A stretch of DNA of 64,000 nucleotides, taken from Gammaproteobacteria bacterium (lineage in GTDB: Bacteria; Pseudomonadota; Gammaproteobacteria; JABABF01). Position numbers and translations under genes: made by a program. The notes below the pieces were generated by a model, which made no database searches, was not told the DNA's origin, and saw only the letters and a list, made by a program, of their open reading frames with translations. Numbering within the stretch: the stretch's first letter is position 1; every line of letters begins with the position of its first letter. The stretch is from positions 384,001 to 448,000 of the forward strand of contig OZ250153.1 in the NCBI GenBank assembly GCA_965237805.1, read 5' to 3'. Below are positions 30,776-41,116 of the stretch, one piece after another.

Positions 30776-31967
30776 GGGCTAAAAACCGAGCTTTCAGAGG
30801 CGCTGCCAAGTCCAAGGCGGCGAGGCCGACGCCGAGCAAGGCCGCGGGCAGGCGCGGGACGACCAAGCCGTGGTGCAATGCGCCGCTCAGCGCACTCACC
30901 CAACGCTGGTCGGCGCACCTGCCATCGACATAGTGCGACAGCACAGCCGCCGAAGCCGGGGCCTCGCCAGCGCCCAGTGCACGCTCTAAGTGCCGCGCCC
31001 ACGCCATCACCCCGCGCAGAGCAAGATTGAAACCTTGGGCGGCAACGGGATGCAAAACATGAGCCGCATCGCCCAACAACAGCAAGCCGGGACGCCATTG
31101 CTCGGCGGCGCTCGCCCCCCACAGCGGACGCTGACGGCGGGTGCCGACACGGTGCAGGCGCAGCTGGCGCACAGCCATCGCCCGCGCCAGCCATTGCTCC
31201 AAAGCACCGTCGTCCAGTGCCGCCAATTCAGTGCAGCGGGGCGTCGGCACCGCGGCGACCAACAGCATGCGCTGCGCTGCCTCAGGCATCGGTGCCGTCG
31301 GGGACAGCGGTAGCAGGGCCACCGAACCGTCCCCGCTAAAACGCTCCCAAGCCGTGCCACTCGGCAGGCCGGAGACGGCGATATTGCACAGCAATGCGCT
31401 GTGGCCATAATCGCGCCGCCGACGTGCGATGCCGAGCTGCGCAGCGAGCGGGGAATCGGCACCGTCGGCAACGATGACCAAGCTGGGCCGCAGCACTCGC
31501 TCCGCCGCGCCCGCCACCGCAACAGACAACTCGAAGCCACCGCGCCGTGGACGGCAAGTGTTGAGCTGCGTTGCATACAGCAGCTCCACCGGGGTATCGA
31601 CCAAGCGCTGCCACAAGCCGTGCCGCAGGCGCTGATGCTCGACCACCTGCCCCAAGGCCACCCGACCCACATCGCGGGCATCCATCAATACCGAGCCGGC
31701 CACGCCGCGCCGCGAAACATGTACCCGCTCGATGGCGGCGGCATCGTCGGCCAACGCCGGCCACAGACCCAGCTGGGTATAGCTGAGCACACTGCCCTGC
31801 GACAGCGCGATGGACGAAGCCTCGAAATCCGTCACTGGCGAGCTCGGTGGTGGACCGGGGGAGAGCAGCGCCACCCGTAGCGGCAATTCACGGCAGGCCA
31901 GGGCCAAAGCACAGCTGGCAGCGGACAGGCCACCACCGGCAACGGCGATGTCCACAGACTCAGCCAT
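30759..31967 (-). CDS. ubiH: 2-octaprenyl-6-methoxyphenol hydroxylase
   Basis: VAGGG, ADGADS, AWERF, GDAAH.LHPVAAQGFNL; follows pepP. Confidence 0.82.
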   Translation of the reverse strand: MAESVDIAVAGGGLSAASCALALACRELPLRVALLSPGPPPSSPVTDFEASSIALSQGSVLSYTQLGLWPALADDAAAIERVHVSRRGVAGSVLMDARDVGRVALGQVVEHQRLRHGLWQRLVDTPVELLYATQLNTCRPRRGGFELSVAVAGAAERVLRPSLVIVADGADSPLAAQLGIARRRRDYGHSALLCNIAVSGLPSGTAWERFSGDGSVALLPLSPTAPMPEAAQRMLLVAAVPTPRCTELAALDDGALEQWLARAMAVRQLRLHRVGTRRQRPLWGASAAEQWRPGLLLLGDAAHVLHPVAAQGFNLALRGVMAWARHLERALGAGEAPASAAVLSHYVDGRCADQRWVSALSGALHHGLVVPRLPAALLGVGLAALDLAAPLKARFLARAAGF

Positions 31968-33321
31968 CGGCCGCGGCGGGCTCGGAGGCAGCCATGAAAT
32001 CCTCGATCTCCTGCGCTGTGCGCGGCGCTTCACCATTCAGTATCTCCGCACCCTGCTCGGTGACCAAAACATCGTCCTCAATGCGGATACCGATGCCGCG
32101 CCAGTGCTCTGCCACCGTCTCATCATCGGCATCAATGTACAGCCCAGGCTCGACCGTAAAAGTCATTCCCGGCCGCAATTTGCGCCAGTGGCCGTCGAGC
32201 TTGTAGGCACCGACATCGTGCACATTCAAGCCCAACCAGTGGCCGGTTTTATGCATATAGAAGCGTCGGTAGGCACCGCTCTCAATCAGGCCGTCCAGCT
32301 CTCCCTCCAACAGGCCCAAGTTCACTAGGCCGCAACACAGCTCGCGCACCGCAGCCTCGTGCGGCTCGTGCCAACCGCGCCCTGGCCCCGCCACCGCCAA
32401 CGCTGCGCGCCAGGCGGCGGCCACCACATCGTGCAGGGCGCGTTGCTCGGCGCTGAAGTGGCCATCGACCGGAAAAGTCCGGGTGATGTCAGAGGCGTAA
32501 CCAGCCAACTCGCAGCCAGCGTCGACCAGCACCAATTGTCCCGCCTCGATGCACTGCTCGTTGGCCGTGTAATGCAGCACGCAGGCATTGGCCCCAGCGG
32601 CGACGATGCTGTCGTAGGCCAAGTGGCTTGCGCCGCGCATCGCGCAGGCGTAGCGGAACTCGGCTGCCAGCTGGTACTCGTGCAAACCGGGACGGCAGCA
32701 GCGCATTAACTGGCAGTGGGCGGCAGCGGAGATAGCACCGGCACTGCGCATCAGCCGCAGCTCCTCGGCGTCTTTGACCAAGCGCATCTCGTGTAGCAGG
32801 GCACCGCTGTCCATCACCCCGGCCATCGCCTGCTCACCATCCCGCTGGGCAGTGAGCGACAGCTGACTCCAAGCGCGGAGCTGCTCGGCAAAGGCTGGTG
32901 GCGCGTCCAGCGGGGTGTAGAGCAGCTGTCGCCCACGCAATAGGCGCGTCATGCGCATCGCCAGTTCTGAGAGCGGGAAGGCGCGATCGAAGCCATAGTC
33001 GATGACCGCCTCCTCGACGCCCGGCACGACCCCCTCCCAGCGCTCCAGCGTCACCTTCCGGGGGCGGCAAAACAGGATGGATTCGCCGTCGCCGCCAGCG
33101 GCGGCGGGTGCCAACACCAGCACGGCATCGGGCTGGTTGAATGCACTCAGATAGAGAAAATCACTGTCCTGCCTAAAGGGATGGAAAGTATCGCCAGCAC
33201 GCGGGCTGGGAGCGGCGGCCGGCAATACCAACAGCGCCTCGGCGGGCAGCTCGGAAAGCAGCTTCCGCCGGCGCTCAGCGACAGCGGAAATGGTGGCTTC
33301 AATTGACAGAGAAGAGAGCAT
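31960..33321 (-). CDS. pepP: Xaa-Pro aminopeptidase
   Basis: FRQDSDF.YL, LHY, DAGCE..GYASDITRT, HKTGH.LG..VHD, EPGLY, GIRIEDD. Confidence 0.94.
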   Translation of the reverse strand: MLSSLSIEATISAVAERRRKLLSELPAEALLVLPAAAPSPRAGDTFHPFRQDSDFLYLSAFNQPDAVLVLAPAAAGGDGESILFCRPRKVTLERWEGVVPGVEEAVIDYGFDRAFPLSELAMRMTRLLRGRQLLYTPLDAPPAFAEQLRAWSQLSLTAQRDGEQAMAGVMDSGALLHEMRLVKDAEELRLMRSAGAISAAAHCQLMRCCRPGLHEYQLAAEFRYACAMRGASHLAYDSIVAAGANACVLHYTANEQCIEAGQLVLVDAGCELAGYASDITRTFPVDGHFSAEQRALHDVVAAAWRAALAVAGPGRGWHEPHEAAVRELCCGLVNLGLLEGELDGLIESGAYRRFYMHKTGHWLGLNVHDVGAYKLDGHWRKLRPGMTFTVEPGLYIDADDETVAEHWRGIGIRIEDDVLVTEQGAEILNGEAPRTAQEIEDFMAASEPAAADG

Positions 33322-33332
33322 GCCTATAGAGT
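33303..33332 (+). promoter_or_regulatory. Putative sigma70 promoter for tRNA-Leu
   Basis: TTGACA at 33303-33308; TATAGA or TAGAGT 16-18 bp downstream; about 12 bp upstream of the tRNA. Confidence 0.6.
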
Positions 33333-33343
33333 ACTCAGTCGCC

Positions 33344-33430
33344 GCCCAGGTGGTGAAATTGGTAGACACGCTGGCTTCAGGTGCCAGTGACCGCAAGGTC
33401 GTGGAGGTTCAAGTCCTCTCCTGGGCACCA
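33344..33430 (+). tRNA. tRNA-Leu(CAG)
   Basis: GCCCAGG/CCTGGGC acceptor stem, CTGGC-TTCAGGT-GCCAG anticodon arm, long variable arm, GTTCAAGTC, encoded CCA. Confidence 0.96.
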
Positions 33431-33517
33431 TTTTGCACTAGGTCACGTGAGTCATCCTCGGATAGAGGCGCACAATGGAAGACTGGTTACGCGTTAGTTT
33501 GCACGTTAACATGACAC

Positions 33518-33538
33518 CAAGTCCTCTCCTGGGCACCA
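33518..33538 (+). repeat. 21-bp direct repeat of the tRNA-Leu 3' end (att-like)
   Basis: CAAGTCCTCTCCTGGGCACCA is identical to 33410-33430. Confidence 0.9.
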
Positions 33539-33545
33539 ACGGCAC

Positions 33546-36053
<2,508 letters not shown>

Positions 36054-36075
36054 GGCGAGCGCCGCACGGCATCCC

Positions 36076-36957
36076 TCAGGGGGACTGCTGAACGTCCCCC
36101 TGCTTCAGATAGCGAAAAAACTCGCTGTCCGGTGCCAGCAGGAACAAATCTCTCGCATCTGCGAATGACCTGCGGTAGGCGGTGAGGCTGCGCGTGAACG
36201 CATAGAACTCGCGATCTTGATTGTAGGCGGTGGCATAGATGCTCGCCGCTTTGGCATCGCCTTGACCGCGTATTTTCTCGGCCGTACGATAGGCTTCGGC
36301 AGCGATCACCGTCTTCTCACGATCTGCCGCCGCACGCAAACCCTCAGCCAACTCGCGCCCCTTGGAACGGTGCTCGCGCGCCTCGCGCTCACGCTCCGCC
36401 CGCATACGCCGATAGACGGATTCGCTGACATCGCCGGGCAGATCAATGCGCTTGACGCGCACGGCAACCAACTCAATGCCCAATTCTTCGCGCACGGGGG
36501 CATCGAGCTGCACCAGCAGCTCCGTGATCAACTCATCGCGCTCACCAGACACCACCTCGCTCATGGTGCGGGCACCGAACTGGTTACGCAGACCGTTGTT
36601 GATACGCTGCGAGAGCAATTCGCTGGTGCGCAATTCCTCACCGTTGGTTGCGGTGTAGTACAACTCCACATTACTGATGCGCCAAGTGGCATAGGAGTCC
36701 ACTTGCAGGAATTTCTTCTCCTCTGTCAAAAAGCGCTCGGGGCGCGTGTCCAAGATCAACAGGCGGGCATCAAATTTGCGCACGCTGTGGACAAATGGCA
36801 CCTTCAAATGCAGGCCTGGTGCAATGTCATCGCGAATCAATTCCCCGAAACGCAACATCACCGCACGCTCCGTCTCGCGCACGATAAATAACGCATTGCC
36901 GCTCAGGAACAGGACCAGCAGTAGCCCGGTCAACATCAACTGCACCCGTGCGGACAT
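36076..36957 (-). CDS. hflC: FtsH modulator HflC
   Basis: SPFH domain; PGLHLKVPF, RM.AER.REA, F..F.RSL..Y. Confidence 0.95.
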   Translation of the reverse strand: MSARVQLMLTGLLLVLFLSGNALFIVRETERAVMLRFGELIRDDIAPGLHLKVPFVHSVRKFDARLLILDTRPERFLTEEKKFLQVDSYATWRISNVELYYTATNGEELRTSELLSQRINNGLRNQFGARTMSEVVSGERDELITELLVQLDAPVREELGIELVAVRVKRIDLPGDVSESVYRRMRAEREREAREHRSKGRELAEGLRAAADREKTVIAAEAYRTAEKIRGQGDAKAASIYATAYNQDREFYAFTRSLTAYRRSFADARDLFLLAPDSEFFRYLKQGDVQQSP

Positions 36958-36959
36958 GA

Positions 36960-38084
36960 TCAACGCCCCCGTGGACGGCGGCGGGTATCTGCAGGGCGTT
37001 CGCGCAGCTGCTCGCTGGCCTGACGCAGACGCTCGGCATCACCCTCCGAGAGTTCGATCGGTTGACGGGCGGAGTTCAGCAGGCGATCCAGCGGCAGATA
37101 GAACAGACTATTACTGCCCTCCTTGACATCGACCACCACCTTCGAGACTTTCCCCATCACCTCTTCCACAGCATCCAGATAGAGACGCTTGCGGGTGACC
37201 TCCGGTGCCCGCTGGTACTCGCCGAGCAGCTGGTTGAAGCGGGACGCATCGCCCTCGGCCCGCGCAATCACTTCGGCGCGGTAGGCTTGGGATTCTTCGA
37301 GGGCGCGCTTGGCCACACCGCGCGCCCTAGGCACCACTTCATTGGCATAGGCCTCGGCCTCGTTCTTGTAGCGTGCTTCGTCTTCCAAGGCCTTGTTGAC
37401 ATCGTCGAAAGCCTCCTTGACCGCCTGTGGCGGAGAGGCCTCGTTGATGTTCACCTGCAACAGCGTAATGCCGGTGCCATAACGATTCAGATAGCGCTGC
37501 ATCCGCCGCTGCACATCGAACGCCACCTGCTCGCGGCCAAAGGTGATGACATGATCGATCTCCGAGCTGCCAACCACATGGCGCAACGCGCTTTCAGCTG
37601 CCAGACGCATGCTACCGATGGGGTTACGCACTCTCAGCACATAGTTCTTGGGATCGAGCACACGGTACTGAAAAGTGATGCGGACATCGACGATATTCTC
37701 ATCCTTGGTGAGCATGTGCCCGTCGTAGGATTCGGAATAAACCTTGGTGACATTGACTTTGTAGATCTGGTCAATCACCGGCATGCGCCAACGCAGGCCG
37801 GGCTGCACCAAGCTATGGAAGCGACCGAGGCGCAAGGTCACAGCGCGCTCCTGCTCGTCCAGCTGATAGAAACCAAAAGCCCCCCAAAGAGCGAACAAGA
37901 CCAGAAAAATAGCCAATAGCGAGCGCGGGCGGAAACCCTGCCCACCACCGAATAAGTTGTTAAACCGGCGCCAGCTATGGGCAAACATCGCTTCCAAATT
38001 GGGGCCGTCAGAACCGCCGCCCCCCCCCCAAGCATTGCGATCGCGATCTGAGTCCCCACTGCCAGTGGGGCGATTCCAATTCAT
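36960..38084 (-). CDS. hflK: FtsH modulator HflK
   Basis: MNWN.P, MLTKDENIV, AFDDV, APEVTRKRLY, YLPLD. Confidence 0.95.
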   Translation of the reverse strand: MNWNRPTGSGDSDRDRNAWGGGGGSDGPNLEAMFAHSWRRFNNLFGGGQGFRPRSLLAIFLVLFALWGAFGFYQLDEQERAVTLRLGRFHSLVQPGLRWRMPVIDQIYKVNVTKVYSESYDGHMLTKDENIVDVRITFQYRVLDPKNYVLRVRNPIGSMRLAAESALRHVVGSSEIDHVITFGREQVAFDVQRRMQRYLNRYGTGITLLQVNINEASPPQAVKEAFDDVNKALEDEARYKNEAEAYANEVVPRARGVAKRALEESQAYRAEVIARAEGDASRFNQLLGEYQRAPEVTRKRLYLDAVEEVMGKVSKVVVDVKEGSNSLFYLPLDRLLNSARQPIELSEGDAERLRQASEQLRERPADTRRRPRGR

Positions 38085-38117
38085 GATGTGGACATAGAAC
38101 AATTCCAGCCGTTCATT

Positions 38118-39380
38118 CTAACAAAAATCGGCAGCGCGGCGGCGCAGCTGGTGCCACTCCCGCTCGGGCAACTGTAAATCTAGGCGCATGCGACCATCGT
38201 TGAAGCAGGCCTCGTCCACCACCACGCCGCGGTCGTAGAGCTGTGCACGCAGAGCGCCAGCAGATGCTGCCAACCACAGCTGGCGGCGGCTCGGCGCACC
38301 CACCAAGGACTCGGCTAGTGCTGCGCTTAGCAAATCCAAGCCAGTACCGGTAGCGGCCGAACACCACACCTGTCGCGGTCGGCCATCGTCATCGCGTGCG
38401 ATGCGCGGCACGGCATCCGGTAGACGATCGATCTTGTTCATCACCTCGATGCAGGGCAATTGGTCGACCCCGAGTTCTTCGAGCACTTGCTGCACGGCGT
38501 CGCGCTGTCGATCGGTATCCGCTTGGCTGGCATCGATGACATGCAGTAGCAAGGAAGCCGATTCGAGTTCCTCCAAAGTGGCGCGAAACGCATCGATCAA
38601 CGAGTGCGGCAGCGCCCGGATAAAGCCGACCGTATCGCTGAGCAGCGCCTCGACTCCACCCGCCATGCGCAGCTGGCGCACCGTCGGGTCCAAGGTGACG
38701 AAGGGCTGGTTTGCAACCATTGCGCCAGCATTGCACAAACGGTTGAAACAGCTTGACTTGCCCGCATTGGTGTAGCCAACCAAGGCGATCTGTGGCATGG
38801 CACTGCGGCGGCGCACCCGTCGCCTCAGGCGGCGCTGTGAACGCAGCCGAGTTAAGCGGCGGCGCAGACGACGCATGCGCCCGCCCACTTGGCGGCGATC
38901 GCTTTCCAATTGGGTCTCGCCGGGACCGGCGCGCAAGCCGATGCCACCACGCTGCCGCTCCAAGTGCTGCCAACCGCGTACCAAGCGCGTATACAGGTAC
39001 TCGAGCTGCGCTAGCTCAATCTGCAACATGCCCTCACTAGACTGTGCCCGGTCGGCAAACAACTCGAGGATCAAGCCACTGCGGTCGATGGTGCGACACT
39101 CGCAGAGCCGCTCCATGCGTTGCTCGTGAGCCGCGCTGAGCTCGGCATCAACCAACAGTAGCTCGGCCTGCGCATCGCGCACAGCGATACGGATCTCATC
39201 GAGTTTTCCACTTCCCACCGAGACCTTGGGCCAGCGCGGTGCCGCCGGACACTGGACATAGCCCGCGATCTCGCTACCGGCGGCACGCGCCAGCGCTTCA
39301 AACTCTGCTCGCTGGGCGGCATCGCCACCAAACAGCACCAACAGAGTGCGCCGACCGGCAGCGAGTCGGTCGAAAAACAG
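38118..39380 (-). CDS. hflX: Ribosome-splitting GTPase HflX (probable CTG start)
   Basis: GPGETQLE.DRR, GYTNAGKS, DTVGFI, NKID; conserved N-terminus FFDR starts just after CTG 39380. Confidence 0.92.
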   Translation of the reverse strand: MFFDRLAAGRRTLLVLFGGDAAQRAEFEALARAAGSEIAGYVQCPAAPRWPKVSVGSGKLDEIRIAVRDAQAELLLVDAELSAAHEQRMERLCECRTIDRSGLILELFADRAQSSEGMLQIELAQLEYLYTRLVRGWQHLERQRGGIGLRAGPGETQLESDRRQVGGRMRRLRRRLTRLRSQRRLRRRVRRRSAMPQIALVGYTNAGKSSCFNRLCNAGAMVANQPFVTLDPTVRQLRMAGGVEALLSDTVGFIRALPHSLIDAFRATLEELESASLLLHVIDASQADTDRQRDAVQQVLEELGVDQLPCIEVMNKIDRLPDAVPRIARDDDGRPRQVWCSAATGTGLDLLSAALAESLVGAPSRRQLWLAASAGALRAQLYDRGVVVDEACFNDGRMRLDLQLPEREWHQLRRRAADFC

Positions 39381-39437
39381 TGGGATCAGCCAACCCTCGG
39401 CGCTTGGCTCAGACCGAGCTGCGCACAGTGGCGCAGC

Positions 39438-39986
39438 TCAGCTGTCGCCGTAGTTGCCGCCAGAACCGTAGCTATCGTCCCGGTTGCCAGACTGGTAGGG
39501 GCGGCCACCGCCACCGCCACCGCCACGCATCGGCGGACCACCACGACGCCCGCCACCACCGCCGCCCGAGCCTTGTTGGCGACGATAGCCGCCACCGCCA
39601 CCACCACCGCCACCGCGCCGGTTGCCGTAAAAATCGCGGCGCTGGCCGCCACCGGCATAGTTGCCTTGATGCTCGCCGCCCTCGTTTTCATGATTCTGCC
39701 AACTGCGCACCCCGCCATAGGGCACCTCAAAGTTCACACTGCGATCCGGCGTGATGGACAGCACGCCCTGCTTGTAAACCATCTGCAGGTTGCGCGCCTC
39801 GGCACCGTCCTCGAGCTGCTCCTCGTCAGCAGATTCGGTCTCGACGGCGGCATCGGTTGCAACGCGCAACAGCAGGACGGCGCGATCGAAAGCCTCAATG
39901 CAACCCTGCAATTTGGCCCCGTTGATCAGATTGATGGTCACCGGCACTTTATCGCGGCGCAACATATTGATAAATGGATCTTGCAT
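39438..39986 (-). CDS. hfq: Divergent RNA chaperone Hfq with acidic loop insert and Gly/Arg/Tyr tail
   Basis: QDPF.N.LRR..VPV.I.L.NG.KLQG.IE.FD and QMVYK; lies between miaA and hflX. Confidence 0.92.
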   Translation of the reverse strand: MQDPFINMLRRDKVPVTINLINGAKLQGCIEAFDRAVLLLRVATDAAVETESADEEQLEDGAEARNLQMVYKQGVLSITPDRSVNFEVPYGGVRSWQNHENEGGEHQGNYAGGGQRRDFYGNRRGGGGGGGGGYRRQQGSGGGGGGRRGGPPMRGGGGGGGRPYQSGNRDDSYGSGGNYGDS

Positions 39987-40168
39987 TTTGTCTACGGGAT
40001 CAGCCCTAAGCTGTCTCTCCTCAGTTGGTGGATTGGCTATTGCCTAGGCCATTTCCTATAAATCACCGATCATGGGAATTAAGAGGCTGCACTCAGCGCC
40101 GCCAAGGCGATGTATCACCCTCTATTCTAACGCCTGATAGCCAGAGACGCAACAAACAGGCTGACAAC

Positions 40169-41116
40169 TCAGCGCCAACCGCCAGCGACCAGCCAGCGAT
40201 CCGCCAAGCGCTGCACCGCCCGGACATCGCCAGCAAGCACTGGCGACCAGCCGTGCCAGCGCCGCGCCCATGTCCGCTGACGACGTGCCAAGCGCTTGGT
40301 TGCCGTCAAGATTGACGCTTCCAACTCGGCAGCGCCGAGACGGCCCGCCAGCAATTCCAACACTTGGCGGTAGCCGACGGCACGCGCCGCCGGAACCCCT
40401 GCGCGCAGAGCCCCGCTGCGTAGCAAGCCGCGCGTCTCGTCGACCAAACCAGCGCGCAACATCTGTTGCAGGCGCAGCGCCATGCACTGCTCGTGCGCCG
40501 GGCGATCGGGCATATCCAGCATCAGTTTGAGTATGGGATAGTGGGCTGCCAAGCCGTTGCGGTGCCCGCGCAAGGCGCTGGGCGGACGGCCTGTCAACAG
40601 GTAAATCTCCAGCGCCCGTTGCAGGCGCTGACCGTGATTTGGGTGTAACCGGGCCGCCGTCTGCGGATCTACCATCCGCAAACGGCGGTGCAAAGCTGGC
40701 CAGCCATGGCGCTGTGCGATCGCCTCGATGCGGCGGCGCAGGCTGGGATCGGCGGGTGGCAACTCGTCCAAGCCCTCAAGCAGGACATGAAAATAGAGCA
40801 TGCTGCCACCCACCAACAGCGGCAAATGGCCGCGCCGATGAATCGCCTCGACCAAGCGCTGAGCGTCGCGCCGAAAGTCGCCAGCAGAATAGCCCTCGCC
40901 GGGATCACGGACATCGATCAGATGATGAGTGATACGCGCACGCACGGTCGCCGAAGGCTTGGCGGTGCCGATGTCCATGCCGCGGTAGACCATGGCCGAA
41001 TCGACGCTGATCAACTCGCAGTGCAGCTGTTCGGCCAATGCCAGCGCCAAGCTGGTCTTACCAGTCGCTGTGGCACCGGCGAGACACAGCACCGGCAACT
41101 GCGCGGGCTGGCTCAC
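40169..41116 (-). CDS. miaA: tRNA dimethylallyltransferase
   Basis: GATATGKT, ISVDS..VY.GMDIGTAKP, GYRQ, LARRQ.TW. Confidence 0.95.
   Translation of the reverse strand: MSQPAQLPVLCLAGATATGKTSLALALAEQLHCELISVDSAMVYRGMDIGTAKPSATVRARITHHLIDVRDPGEGYSAGDFRRDAQRLVEAIHRRGHLPLLVGGSMLYFHVLLEGLDELPPADPSLRRRIEAIAQRHGWPALHRRLRMVDPQTAARLHPNHGQRLQRALEIYLLTGRPPSALRGHRNGLAAHYPILKLMLDMPDRPAHEQCMALRLQQMLRAGLVDETRGLLRSGALRAGVPAARAVGYRQVLELLAGRLGAAELEASILTATKRLARRQRTWARRWHGWSPVLAGDVRAVQRLADRWLVAGGWR

Noticed and set aside
39987-40025. Upstream non-canonical hfq start after GAGGAG
   Set aside because: Only CTT lies at SD spacing; the ATG at 39986 is adequate and nothing else supports an earlier start.
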